Source of the DNA: the human T2T-CHM13v2.0 reference genome, Homo sapiens
NCBI RefSeq assembly: GCF_009914755.1
Contig: NC_060930.1
Strand: one strand, 5' to 3'
Length of the DNA: 64,000 nucleotides
The notes beneath the pieces were generated by a model. It did not search any database. It saw only the letters and a list, made by a program, of their open reading frames with translations, and had not been told where the DNA came from. Below are positions 25,350-39,334 of the stretch, one piece after another. The number at the start of each line of letters is the position of its first letter. The stretch's first letter is position 1. A program made the position numbers and the translations under genes.

Positions 25350-26390
25350 TCACATTTCACTGGGTCTCTAAATTTTTAACCATAAGCTCACAGTCCAAAA
25401 TTCAAAAAGACAAGGAAATAAACCACCATGAGGAAGAGTCAGCAAAATTCTACCCAAACTGTAGAATTCTACATCCAAAGATATTAGATTTTAGAAATAA
25501 AAGATACAGTATATAAAATGTATAGCTTCTTTAATTAAAAAAACTCAAAACATGAGAAAAAAATAGTATCAAAATAATCAGGGAGGTTTGAAAATAAAAT
25601 AAGACCCTTTAAAATGCAACATTTAATTGTTGAAATGAAAAAATAATGGTTATGTTAAAACATTGTTTTTAAAATAGCTGAAGGGAGAACTGATGGACTG
25701 GATGAAAGGTCTAGAGCTATGACTCAAAATCTACCACAGAGAAATAAAACGAAAAATATGGAGCTACAGCTATAGAAGAAAATAGGGGAAAAGGCAATTT
25801 CTGAAGAAAAATGCTGAAAATTTTCCAGAACTGCAAAAGACATGCATTTCAGCTTCAATAAATGCAATAACTCTTCAATGTTTATTAGCCAGAGATATCA
25901 GTGCATTACATTGGGGGTCTCGCCACCAGGCTACCCACAACATAGCAACGTGCTTCCCACAGTTTCCCAGAGATTCGTAAAAGAAATTTCACAATTAGAC
26001 CAACCAGGATAAAACCACAAACCACCAAAGGAAAAAAAAAAAATGGTAAAAGTTGCAAGAGAAATTACCTAAAAGAAGTTATAGACTGACAGCTGGCTCC
26101 AGCAATACTCTCATAGAAAAGAGAAAATAACAATCAACGTAGAACCTAGAATTCTATATACAGTATAGCTACAATTCTACATACAGTATAGTTAAGTCAT
26201 TCAATAGTAAGTAAAAGACTCTGGAGAAAAAAAAATCTAGAGTGTTTGCCACCGAGACTCTCACTAAAAGAACTTTAAAGGGTACTTGAAATGACCCCAG
26301 AAGTCAGTTTTGAGATATAAAATGGAATGACAAGCAAAGTAGCAACTTTATCAATGAATGTAATGATGATAATGATGAATTTGGAACAAG
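25350..26390 (+). mobile_element. Old, decayed L1M fragments (ORF1-like region)
   Basis: A-rich with L1 ORF1-like remnants (GCTGAAAATTTTCCAGAACTG, ACCTAGAATTCTATA, ACTAAAAGAACTTTAAAGG). Confidence 0.5.
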
Positions 26391-26391
26391 A

Positions 26392-28290
26392 ATGTGTTAG
26401 ATTTCTATTTCTGCATAACAAATACCCTAAAATTTGGCAGTTAAAAACAATAAGCATTATCACCTCACCTCACAGTCTTTTTTCCTCTGGGGCAGGAATT
26501 TGGGTGTGGTTTAGTTGGGGGTCTCTGGGAAAAGGTGATGAAGTAGTCAATTCTAGGCTTGGCTGGGGGAGCAGCTGCTTCCAAACTCATGTGAGTACAT
26601 CGCAATGAACAGACCTCCAAAGATCCGCTTTCATGCCCACTCACAGGGCTGTTACTGGAGTTCAAGTCTTCAATAGCTATTAGCCAGAGATTAGTGCCTT
26701 GCCATGGGGGGTCTCCCCACAAGGCTACCCCATAACATGGCAACGTGCTTCCCACGGAGTGGGAGAAAGCGCATGACAGCTGTCATAGTCTCATGACATT
26801 GCAGCCTCATCTCAGAAGCAACATCCCAATGTTTTCGCTATGTTCTACTGTGTCTGGAATTGATGGGTTCTTCATCTCACGGACTTAAAGAATGAAGCCG
26901 CGGAACCTCGCGGTGAGTGTTACAGTTCTTAAAAGGCAGCGTGTCCAGAGCTTATTCTTTCTGATGCTGGGATGTGTTCAGTTTCTTCCTTCTGGTGGGG
27001 TTCGTGGTCTCGCTGGCTGACTTTACCGGTGAATGTTACAGCTCTTAAGGGGGCACCTGGAGCTCTTCGTTTCTCGCGGTGGGTTCTTAGTCTCGCTGGC
27101 TTCAGGAATGAAGCTGCAGACCTTCACAGTATGGGTTATAACTAATAAAAGAAGCGTGGACCCTAAGAGTGACCACCAGCAAAATTTATTGCGAAAAGCA
27201 AAAGAACAAAGCTTCCACAGCACGTAATACTACTCAAGCAGGTTACTGCTGCTAGCGCGGGCAGCCTGCTTTTATTCTCATCTGGCCCCACCCACATCCT
27301 GCTGATTGGTCCATTTTACAGAGAAGGCCGAGTGGTCCATTTTGACAGGGCACTGATTGGTGCGTTTACAATCCCTGAGCTAGACACAAAGGCTCTCCAC
27401 CTCCCCACTAGATTAGCTAGATACAGATTGTGGACGCAAAGGTTCTCCAAGGCCCCACCAGAGTAGCTAAACACAGAGTGTCGATTGGTGCATTCACAAA
27501 CCCTGAGCTAGACACAGGGTGCTGATTGGTGTATTTACAATCCCTTAGGTAGACATAAAGGTTCTCCAAGTCCCCCCCAGACTCAGGATCCCAGCTGGCT
27601 TCACCCACTGGATCCTGCACCTGGGCGGCAGGTGGAGCTGCCTGCCAGTCCCACACCGCGCACCCGCACTCCTCAGCCCTTGGGTGGTTGATGGGACCGG
27701 GGCGCCGTGTAGCAGGGGGCGGCGCTCGTCGGGGAGGCTTGGGCGGCACAGGAGCCCACGGAGCGGGGGGAGGCTCAGGCATGGCGGGCTGCAGGTCCCT
27801 AGCCCTGCCACGCGGGGAGGAAGCTAAGGCCCGGCGAGAAATTGAGCACAGCAGCTACTGGCCCAGGTGCTAAGCCCCTCACTACCCGGGGCTTGCGGGC
27901 GGACCTGCAGCACTTGCGGGGCCCGCTGAGCCCACGCCCACCCGGAACTCGCGCTGGCCCGCAAGCGCCGCGCGCAGCCCGGGTTCCCGCTTACGCCTCT
28001 CCCTCCACACCACCCCGCAAGCTGAGGGAGCGGGCTCCGGCCTTGGCCAGCCCAGAAAGGGGCTCCCACAGTGCAACGGCAGGCTGAAGGGCACCTCAAG
28101 CGTGGACAGAGTGGGCACCGAGGCCGAGGAGGCGCTGAGAGCGAGTGAGGGCTGTGAGGGCTGCCAGCATGCTGTCACCTCTCACTACCGCTTAGAAGCA
28201 AGTCACTGGGCTACTCCAGAGGAGGGGATTGCACGGGACGTGAACACTAGGAGGGGGTCCCTGGGGCCATGTTGGAGGCTGCCTAGTGCA
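26392..28290 (-). mobile_element. Old MLT1 MaLR LTR interrupted by LTR12C
   Basis: TGTGTTAGATTTCTATT...CATAACAAATACCC...; resumes after 28188 (AGAAGCAAGTCACT...GGAGGCTGCCTA). Confidence 0.6.
26849..28184 (-). mobile_element. Solo ERV9 LTR (LTR12C-like), copy 1
   Basis: Termini TGTGTCTGGAATTG...GCTGTCACCTCTCA; 4-bp TSD CTAC (26845-26848 / 28185-28188); CTGATTGG repeats; CpG-rich U3. Confidence 0.92.
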
Positions 28291-28805
28291 AAACGGCAGA
28301 TAACAATAGCACACAGAGGAGGGGCTGGTGAGTGAACATTAAAGCATTCTCATGTCCTTGACCTGGTCTTTTTCAGGGAGGAGAGTAAAGACAATGTTTA
28401 TTTATGCAAGACGAAAAAGTTCTAGAAATCTGTGGCCCAACAATGTGAATATACTGAAGACTTCCAAACTGTACTCTTGAAAATGGTTAAGATGGGAAAT
28501 TCACTGTCATGTGTTTTTTGCCACAATAAAAACAAATATATACATACTTATATACCAAGGTTTTAAAAATAGGAAAAAGAGAAGTTTATTTTTAAGATTT
28601 ATTAAGATATTCGTGTTAAATTTTCAAAGGTAAGTACTACCTGACTAGAAATAAAGTATATGATTTCCAAACTATAAACAAAACAATAAAAACAAAAGAA
28701 AAAATTAAAATATTCCAATTAAATCCAAAAGAATGCTGGAAAGAAGGGAGGAAAGGCATAAAGAAAGAAAACCCAAAATAGGATAAAATAATTATTAAAA
28801 TATCA

Positions 28806-29118
<313 letters not shown>

Positions 29119-29119
29119 A

Positions 29120-29520
29120 TCAGAAGCCCTAATAGATATAAATGGACTATATTAACCTGATCTTACAAAACAAAAAAATGACAAATTGCATTTTAAAAGT
29201 TAGCTGTCTGCTCTTTAAAGAAATACACCTAAAATATAGATCTACAGTGAACAATACATTTAATGGTGAAACATTGGAAACGTTCCCTTTAAAATCAAGA
29301 GTGAGACAAATTTGCCCGTCACTGCCACTTGTATTCAGCATTGTACTGAAGGACCTCACCAGTGTAGTAAGACAAGAAAAAGAAAATGTTAAAGGATTTG
29401 AAAGGAGCAAACAAAAATACTATTATGTGCATATAATATGACTTTGTCTACGCAGAAAAACCTAATCTACAAATTACTGGAACTAATGAAAGTTGAATTA
29501 GCAATTTATTTGGGGACTAA
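29120..29520 (+). mobile_element. Old L1 ORF2 (reverse transcriptase) fragment
   Basis: ORF 29142-29441 contains NGETLETFPLKSRVRQICPSLPLVFSIVL...VRQEKE, a decayed match to L1 ORF2p [29 protein letters not shown]...IRQEKE. Confidence 0.85.
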
Positions 29521-31114
29521 TTTATTACATTATTTCAAGAGATAGCTAGCATGCATCGCGTTACTTAATTCATTTTCATGGAGGTAGAGTACATCATTAT
29601 ACGTATCGACTACAATTGTGTCCCTCCTCCTTTTGATAAAAATTTAGGTTGTTTCCACTTTTTTGCAATTACAAACTGTTGTGAATATCCGTTATTTATG
29701 TCTCCTGTGTCAGAAAATGTTTACCGGCCCAGTCCTTTTTTTCTTTCTCCAGTTTTCAGCAGCTTAAGCCTGGGCAAAAGTATTTAGACTAATTGCTCTA
29801 GTTGTATCAGTTTTGTCCAGTAATGTTTCCATGCACACTAACAGTTTTTAAATGTTCTGAAGACACATGAACAGATGGCAAAAAAAGGCTGAACAATATC
29901 CAAACGGTTACAGCAATGGTGTTACAGAGAAGGGCATAGCGTTGAGCCAGGCCTTCTTTAAACTTTGCTGTGAAGCAGAAGAAACTCACACGTGGTGTTT
30001 AACTTGTGTGCAGGTCTGCGGGGGAAGGACGGCTGTGATTGTTCAACGGGTGAACTCTTCTCCTTTATTCATCCGAAATCCAATTTCCTGTCTTATTTTT
30101 CATGGCAGCTTGCTATCTTTCAATATAATTCTTTTTATATCTTTAGCAAAAGTATTTTTTATTCCCCTAATCAGGAAGGGAATGCTAGGGTGTGTTGATT
30201 CTGGAGGCAGAGAAATGAGTCCTTTCCTTGGTTAGGAATGTATTTTGCTGGCAGAGAGACCAAGCCAACCGCAGCTCTGCTTTTCCCCTCCAGCATCCAC
30301 CTGTAAGAGCTTGTAATCTTTTATTGTTCATGGCCCCGGGATCCTATTCCCGGATGGTCTATGTGAAATGAAGAGAAAGTACAAGCAAGTTCAGATTTCC
30401 CATAGAAACACCTCCCTCCTTCCTGTCCAGGAGAGCTCTATTGCAGAGTTGGAGCATCCAGCAGACCCACCCTGGCTTCATCTCATTGACATAAGAGATG
30501 CAGAAAGAAATGGCGAATTGGCTTTGGGAATGAAGAATTTGACTTCCCTGGTTCCAGTTCAAGACATACGGGTGGGAACTCCCACTGGGTATCCACTCTG
30601 CTTTCTTGGGAAAGCTTCACGGTATCTTTAGGAAGGAAGCCTGGGATTCCACACCCTGGAGATACTGGATCTCTTATTCTCTATGCACTTCCTTACACAC
30701 TTTCTCTTCCTTCAAGGGCCTCTCAGTTGAGGCACTACTCCACCTTAAATCCAGGTGGCCACATTCAGAAGCACTGTCACGCTGGCCTCTCAGCAACATG
30801 CTAACACAGAAAAGGAGGCTGTTTATGAGTCAGCTCTGCCAACAGGATTGCTTCCTAGGAAAAGTGCAAATTGATTTTTTTCCTCCTGTTGGTCTGCTGG
30901 GGGATTGGAGGCAGCCACGGACAATTCATTAGCACATGTAGGAAGGCCAGGGAGAAAAATAAGCTAAGTTGCTCTCATACTAGAAAGCATTTAGGAAGCA
31001 AACCCATAAACATGGATAATTATTGTGTGTCCATTAAAATTTAAAAAAAAAAAAAGAATTCGTGCTTGTTCTGTAGGCCTCTGTGTATGGCCAAGATTGG
31101 CTACAGGGCCCTGA

Positions 31115-31369
<255 letters not shown>

Positions 31370-33344
31370 TGAGTACAGTCTGTAGAGTACACCAGTGTCA
31401 ATGACTAGGTTTTGATACGTGGTTCTGTAAGATGTTACCATGAAGGGAAGTGGGTGAAAGTACACAGGGCACCTCTGTACTCTTTGTGTAGCTTCCTATG
31501 TCTATCATTATTTCAAGATAAAAAGATTTTATTTTAAAAAAATGGCCTGAAGCTCTTGAGCCTGAGGCTACGCATCTCCCTCTGCCTTTATGACCCACAG
31601 TGCAGGCCCTGAGCCCCCAGAGTCTGGGCTCCACTGCCCTGGCCTCTGGGGCATCTGAGAAGCCTGGTACAGGAAGGAAGCATGAAGCTTAAAATAGTGC
31701 TCAGTTCCTCCTTTTACAAGTGAAGAAACGGAAGCTTAGGGGGGGGCAAGGTGAGTGCTAGCTGATGCCCTGATTTACTGCCTGAGTTACATGGAAGCTT
31801 CTGTCCCTAGGAACATACCAAGACAGTCTGCCCTAAAATGGTCAAGCTAGAAGGCCAAAGCGAGGGAGGGCTGGGGTTTTGTTTTGTGGGGTGTGTGTGT
31901 GCATTCTCATGTGTGTATTTAAGGGCTGCAAAGGACATACTGGTTTTGATGTCACACTATGAGCACAAATGGTGTAGAAATTCTATTCCACAACATGAGC
32001 GATGTTCAGCAAAGTCAGTAAGAAGGTGAGCATGTCTGAGCTTACCTGCAAGATGAAGGCCTGTGATGACGGTGGAAACTCTTTCTGACCCCAGCAGCCA
32101 CAGAAATTTGTATTTTGCCAAGGAAGGCTCCTTCTTTGAAAATATATAGGAAGAAGACAGAAGTCTACCTTTCTGATACCACTTTAAGCAATAGAGGAAA
32201 AGAAAATTATCTTGTTTTTCCACTGTCCTTCCAGGGGTGATTCTAGGACCGTTAAGATCTGGCCGTGTCTGAGCAAACACCAGCCACCTCCGACCTCCAG
32301 CCTTTCAAAGAAACAAGCTGGACTGTTTGCATTTATATGATTCAAAATGAAGGTCACAAAAGCACAACTGACTTGATTTTATGAAGAGCTTTTGTTGACA
32401 AACGTGAAGTTCCCAGAATACACAGTCTTTGGGACTTGAGTTTTTTTGTATATATTATTCTCTGTGCCTGAGTTGGTAGAAAAGAGCCTACATAACATAG
32501 GCTCCTACTCCAGCCCAGTACAAGGTTTTCAACCTGCACACTTTCCATAAACCCTCTCTGCCTCAGTTTTCCCAATTCTAAAACACGGATGATAGCATCT
32601 CTCTTAAGGCTTTTGTGAGGATTTCAGCTAATACATACGTAGGGCTCAGAACAGGACCTGCTGTGGAAAGAGCTATAGAAGTGATCACTGTTATTACACT
32701 CATCTGTAATTACTGCAAGTATTTGGAAATATATAGGAATATACTTAAGATGAATGGACACAAAACCGCCTCCACAGCTTCCAAGGCAAAGCGCTGCTAC
32801 CTGTCCACCGTGTGGCAGTTCCTGTCACCCACACTGGTGCCTCCCTGTTCTCTCACCGCACCTTGTGGCTACGCTGCGCGCCGGTCGTGTTTGTCCCCCC
32901 TTTCTCCTGAAAGTCAGGGGCTATGCTTAAGACTAAATCACCTTTGTATCCCACATCTAGCACAGTGCCTATCAAACAGTACGGGCTCAAAAAGCTTTAA
33001 CAATCGGACCGATAAAATAGCAGGGCTTTTGTCTCTCCTGTCAATCTAGCATCTCTCCTTCCATTTTTTCTGCACCTACCAAAAATAAGAAAAAAATCAG
33101 ACTGCTGCTGTGTTCTGCCAGCTGCTCTTAACTTCCAGCACGTGTCCCAAGCAATCTACTTGAAAGGATATCTACCCCCTTAACTGAGTACTGAACACTA
33201 TGAAAATAATCTTTGTGGTCTCTTGTATTAGGAGAGAGCAAATTGAAGATGTTAAAAAGCCAATGTATTAGCAAGATTTGAGAAGATCCAAAAGCAAGCT
33301 GATTATTTCCAAAAATCAGCTCAACAACTCCTAAGATTGATAGA

Positions 33345-34997
33345 TGTGTCCACAATTTGGGGGTTCTTGGTCTCACTGACTTCAAGAACGAAGCCACAGA
33401 CCCTCACAGTTAAGTTCTTCAAGAGGGCGTGTCCAGAGTTTATTCCTTCTGATGTTCAGATGTGTTCTGAGTTTCTTTCTCGTGGGTTAGTGGCCTTGCT
33501 AGCTTCAGGCGTGAAACTGCAGACCCTCGCAGTAAGCATTACACTTCTTAAGGTGATACATTTGGAGTGTTAATCATTTATTTTCCCCCAGTGGGTACCT
33601 AGTCTCACTGGCCTCATAAAAGAAACCGCAAACCTTCATGGGGAGTGTTACACTTCATAAAAGCAATGCAGACCCAAAGTGTAAACAACAAAAACACTTA
33701 CTGCAAAAAGCAAAAGAACAAACCAACCACACAAAAGCAACGAAACAACCAGTTGTCACTAGTGGAGCCTGCAGCCTGACTTTATTCTCTTATCTGGCCC
33801 CTCCCACATCCTGCTGATTGGTCCATTTTACAGAGAGCCAATTGGTCTGTCTTACAGAGAGCTGATTGGTCCGTTTTGACAGGGTGCTGATTGGTCGCGT
33901 TTACAATCCCTGAGCTAGATGCAAAAGTTCTCCAGTTCCCCACTAGATTAGCTAGATACAGAGTGTTGATTGGTGTATTTACAAACCCTGAGCTAGACAC
34001 AGAGTGCTGATTGGTGTGTTTACAAACCTTGAGCTAGATACAGAGTGCTGATTGGTGTATTTACATTCCCTTAGCTAGACATAAAGGTTCTCCAAGTCCT
34101 CACCAGCTTAACTAGATACAGAGTGCCAATTGGTGCATTCACAAACTCTGAGCTAGACACAGGGTGCTGATTGGTGTGTTAACAATCCTTGAGCTAGATA
34201 CAGAGTGCTGATTGGTGTATTTACAATCCCTTGGCTAGACATAAAGCTTCTCCAAGTCCCCACCAGAGTAGCCAGATACAGAGTGTGGATTGGTGCATTC
34301 ACAAACCCTGAGCTAGACACAGGGGGCTGATTGGTGTGTTTACAATCCCTTAGCTAGACATAAAGATTCTCCAAGTTCCCACCAGACTCAGGAGCCCAGC
34401 TGGCTTCACCCAGTGGATCCGGCACTAGGGCCGCAGGTGGAGCTGCCTGCCAATCCCGCGCCGTGCGCCCGCACTCCTCAGCCCTTGTGCAGTCTAGGGG
34501 ACGGAGCGCTATGGAGCAGGGTGGCGCTGCTCGTCGGGGAGGCTTGGCCTGCTCATAAGCTCACAGCGGGGGAGTGGGGAGCGGGAGGAGACTTCAGGCA
34601 TGGTGGGCTGCAGGTCCTGAGCCCTGCCGCGCCGGGAGGCAGCCAAGGCCCGGTGAGAAATCGAGCACAGCAGCTGCTGGCCCAGGTGCTAAGCTCCTCA
34701 CTGCCCGGGGCTTGCTGTCAGGCCGGCCGCTCCGAGTGCGGGGCCCGCCGATCCCACGCCCACCGGGAACTCGCTCTGGCCCGCAAGCGCCGCGCGCCGC
34801 CCGGGTTCCCGCCTGCGCTTCCCCCTTCATATCTCCCCGCAAGCTGAGGGAGCCGGCTCCGGCCTTGGCCAGCCCAGAAAGGGGTTCCCACAGTGCAGCG
34901 GCGGGCTGAAGGGCTCCTCAAGCGCGGCCAGAGTGGGCGCCAAGGCCGAGGAGGCCCCAAGAGCGAGCGAGGGCTGCCAGCATGCTGTCACCTCTCA
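33345..34997 (-). mobile_element. Solo ERV9 LTR (LTR12C-like), copy 2, with expanded CCAAT repeat array
   Basis: Termini TGTGTCC...GCTGTCACCTCTCA; ATAG on both flanks (33340-33343, 34998-35001); about 12 ATTGG units in 33815-34335. Confidence 0.92.
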
Positions 34998-36344
34998 ATA
35001 GGGCCCCTTACTTTCCCTGCCTGATGGTTTATCCGCCTTCCTTCAGTCACTCCTCGAACACTTAACCAGCTCCCACAGTGCAGTGTAAAGAGCGAAGCAA
35101 GGTGTTGCTAGAGTGGGGAATTCAGAAATCGTGAAGGGACGTTTTTAGCTCATTCTCAAATTCTGATGGAGATATTTTTCATACAGTTTATTCCTTAGAA
35201 CCTTCTACTTACATTCCCTAAAAGAATAAGTTGTTATTTACAGCCTGTATTGGTTCCCGTGTTCAGGAACACAGGCAGCCTTTCCAGAAGAAAATCAGTG
35301 TTTAGGAAACAAAATGGATGAGTTGACTTTCCATCTCCAAAAGTCACGGTGGCTTATGGAGAGGCACGAAGCACACACAACGCAACACAATCCGTCCAAG
35401 TTCACAGCCGCAGAAGAACCACACCCAAAATTGCTGAGAGTGTGAACCTTGACTGCCTTACAAACACAGACCGCAAAGGGAGGTAAAGCTTATTCGGCTA
35501 CAAAAGATGTTGCTTGTCTCTTAAGTAGTTCCTTCATTGACGCCAAATGTCTTTTATTTATAATCACGTCTCTTTTTTTTTTTTTTTATTTGAGTGTATG
35601 CTTGCATTCCCACCTTCAAATCATTGCTCTCCGCCCGAGCACAGAGCTCCCGCGAGCCTGCAGGCAGCCCAGGACTCCTGCGCATACCAGGCTCTCTGGT
35701 CTTGGCTCTCCCAGCCCCACGCCGCCCACTCACATCTGCCCAGCTCTGCTGTTCTTCCACGTTCTTCTCCACATTGGGAGTTTTTTGCAGGCGTGTCCTG
35801 TCTCATGCTCCCCATCCTCCGCTAGCTCTCCTTGCTCATCTCTTCAGCTTTGTTCTCTTTGTCCCTGAACTCTCATCTCAAATCTTTTCATGCCTAAGAT
35901 CGTGCTTGGCAGAGAGTCGATGCTCAGGAAATGAAACAGAAAAAAAAAATGCTTTTAGGGGCTGTTGCAAGAATCCTACCTAAGCAGGGCCGTGCCTTTC
36001 TTGAAAGAATTCTTGAGAGTCGCTTGGGTAACTGCCAAGGTTCCAACTCCTCAGGACTGAGGCAGGGGAAACATGGTGTCCTGTAGAGACAGGAGCCAGA
36101 GACATGAAAAAAGAGGGAGAGGCCGGGAGCATCTCACCGGCTCATAAAGGGCTAAGCGGAGGCGGCTGCCTCTTAACGCTTCATAAATTCTGTACACCTT
36201 GTGAAATGGTTTGTAAGGAGATTTCTTAGGACATCTATGAAGGGGTTAAACTTTGAGCCGAGTGATACACGGTAGACGTAGGATCTCACGTTTAAGATCA
36301 TATATCAGGAAATGAGCAAAAAAAACTTGGTGTGGCTTTTAACA

Positions 36345-36510
36345 TTGGGTTTCAAACTAGGCAAGGCAAGAGAATCACCTGGGGAGCATTTGAAAACCAG
36401 GCAGCACCCAGACTTATTAAATCAGACTGTCTGGGGTGGAACTCAGGCATGGGTATTTTCACAGCACTCTCCTATTGATTTCAACGTGCAGCCACATTAA
36501 GAACCATCAG
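36345..36510. mobile_element. MER5A-like
   Basis: TTCAAACTAG...AGAATCACCTGGGGAGC...GTGCAGCCACATTAAGAACCA. Confidence 0.6.
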
Positions 36511-36621
36511 CAAAGAGCATCCCAACCATGAGGTTATGTTCCACCAATCCTGTTTAATCTCAAGGGCTGGGAGGCCCCAACTGACATCTAGGTTTCATCT
36601 CAGAAATATCTATTTAACTTA

Positions 36622-37076
<455 letters not shown>

Positions 37077-39000
37077 GATGTATGAACTTAACTAAATTAT
37101 TTTAAACCTAGGGTGTTCTTACATTAAAAAGAAAAATGTTAAAAAGAAGTTGGTTTCATTTTCTGCAACTGTAATGAGAATAGTCAATATTGTAATATCT
37201 TCTTTCTAATAGACTCCATCCTCCTTTTGCCCAATTATTAACTATCTATTATGTGCCTAGCACTGGCCAAGATGCTTTATATGCATTATTTTTCTTAATT
37301 CCTAATAAAACACTTCAGTGCATTTTCCTCTATCCCAGTTTCCTTTGGGTTGAGAAAAGCAGCACCTTCGCAGAGTGACAGTGACCTGCACAATCTCAGT
37401 GAAGAATTTTATCAAAATTGGGAAGCTTGTTGGGTCTTGTCCCTCTCTGTAAGCAACTTGAATCCTAGGAGGACCAGGTTCCGGCACACATATCTGGACT
37501 CGTTTCGCCTCCATCTAAAGCTCTGCTTCTGTCTTCTGTCTGCCTCGCTCATGTACTGCAGGGTGAGACCCGCACAGCAACCAGGGTGCAGTGCTGAGGG
37601 CCCTGGAGGCTGAGTCTGGAGATGTGAGGAAGTCACTTCCCTGCCTGAAATCTCAGTCTCTTCCTTAGCAAACAGGGATGTTACTAACACCCCATGCCCT
37701 GGCCACTCTCAAGACTAATGAGAGAATCAACAATTCAAATTGCATTTGAGGACCTCCTGGTACGTTTGGTTCAAATCCAGCACCATCAATGAGCAGACCA
37801 GGCTGGCCTCAGCTGTTACCTCCCAGCCAGTTTGTCAGTTCCTGCTCACCCATCCATCATATTCCACAACATCAGATGCCAAGGACAACAAACACCTTAG
37901 CTTTTTCTTTTAAATCATATCTAGTTCATGACTTCTAGAAGCAGAAGGGAATTCCTTTTCAGCATTTGCGGCATGTCAAGAAAAGTCCCAGAGATCATCT
38001 TTGCAGCTGTGCAGTCACGTAAACCACCCTGTGCATCTGGCCCTGTTTCTGTCCCCTGTCAAGAGACAGACAAATGCGTAAGAACCGCAGACATGAAATA
38101 CAACAGGTGTATCCTGGTTGTGTGAGTGTCACCAGTGTCATGGTTCCCGCTGTCCCTAAGCCAGGCTCTCCCTTAGAAGGAGTGGTGAAATCCACATTGG
38201 CAGCGGAGAAGCATGTGCTAACGTCCAATCTTCCATTGTAAAAAGAGAGCAGACTAGCATTTATCCACTTTTCTATCCCACATGGACTGACTCCAAATTA
38301 GTAACAGAAAGTTGAACAATTACCAACACCAAGCCAAAGAGGCAAGTTCCCCTGATGCTTCTAGACTTGAGGAAGCCCTAGTAATCTGGTCGCTACTTAA
38401 CCAATAGTAGGGCTCTGGGTGAACTGGCCTGGTCAAAATGCTCCTTTTCCACCTCAGTTCCACCACGGCTAGCACAGTGTCCAGCGCATATTAGACAGTT
38501 AAGAAACATATTGTAAGAAAGAAGAGTGACACTGTTATTAAGATGGTGTTTAAAATGAAGAGGGGCAGGCAAGGTAGTATAAAGTGAATCCGTGGGAAAC
38601 ATGCCTTGTCTACAGAAGACTATAAAATGTTGATGATAATGAGACTATAATGTGTTGACTATAAATGAGAGATTTAGAGTATATATAAAGTTTGCATGCA
38701 TCTTTTGTTGAGTTTATTATTCAGTAGTGTGTTATCATAATCAGATGATGAAGTATTATACATACGATGATACCAGAAGCATTTCTGATTTGTCTATCCC
38801 CAAGACCTAATCCCCTTCCTATCACAGGGTAATGAATGATGAGCCAAGTTGCTCTTCCTATTGCATCCTCCAGCCACTAAGATGCACTGTCTCTCACCCA
38901 TAAGACAGGTTCCAGTTTCCTCTCACCTTCATGTTAGGATCCTATGCTATGTGGCGCCATGGCACCCTCTTGGTAACACACAATAAAATCTTGCACTTAG

Positions 39001-39334
<334 letters not shown>

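Noticed and set aside
27417-28335. Cluster of GC-rich ORFs and apparent CpG islands (also 34413-34960)
   Set aside because: Entirely within LTR12 U3; repeat-derived
33640-33760. A-rich divergence in the LTR12 copy-2 R/U5 region as APOBEC3 hypermutation
   Set aside because: G>A on the plus strand is C>T on the element's sense strand, the wrong polarity; copy 1 is also divergent here, so subfamily variation is more likely
33810-34340. CRISPR-like repeat array
   Set aside because: Eukaryotic context; the units are the known LTR12 U3 tandem repeats without unique spacers
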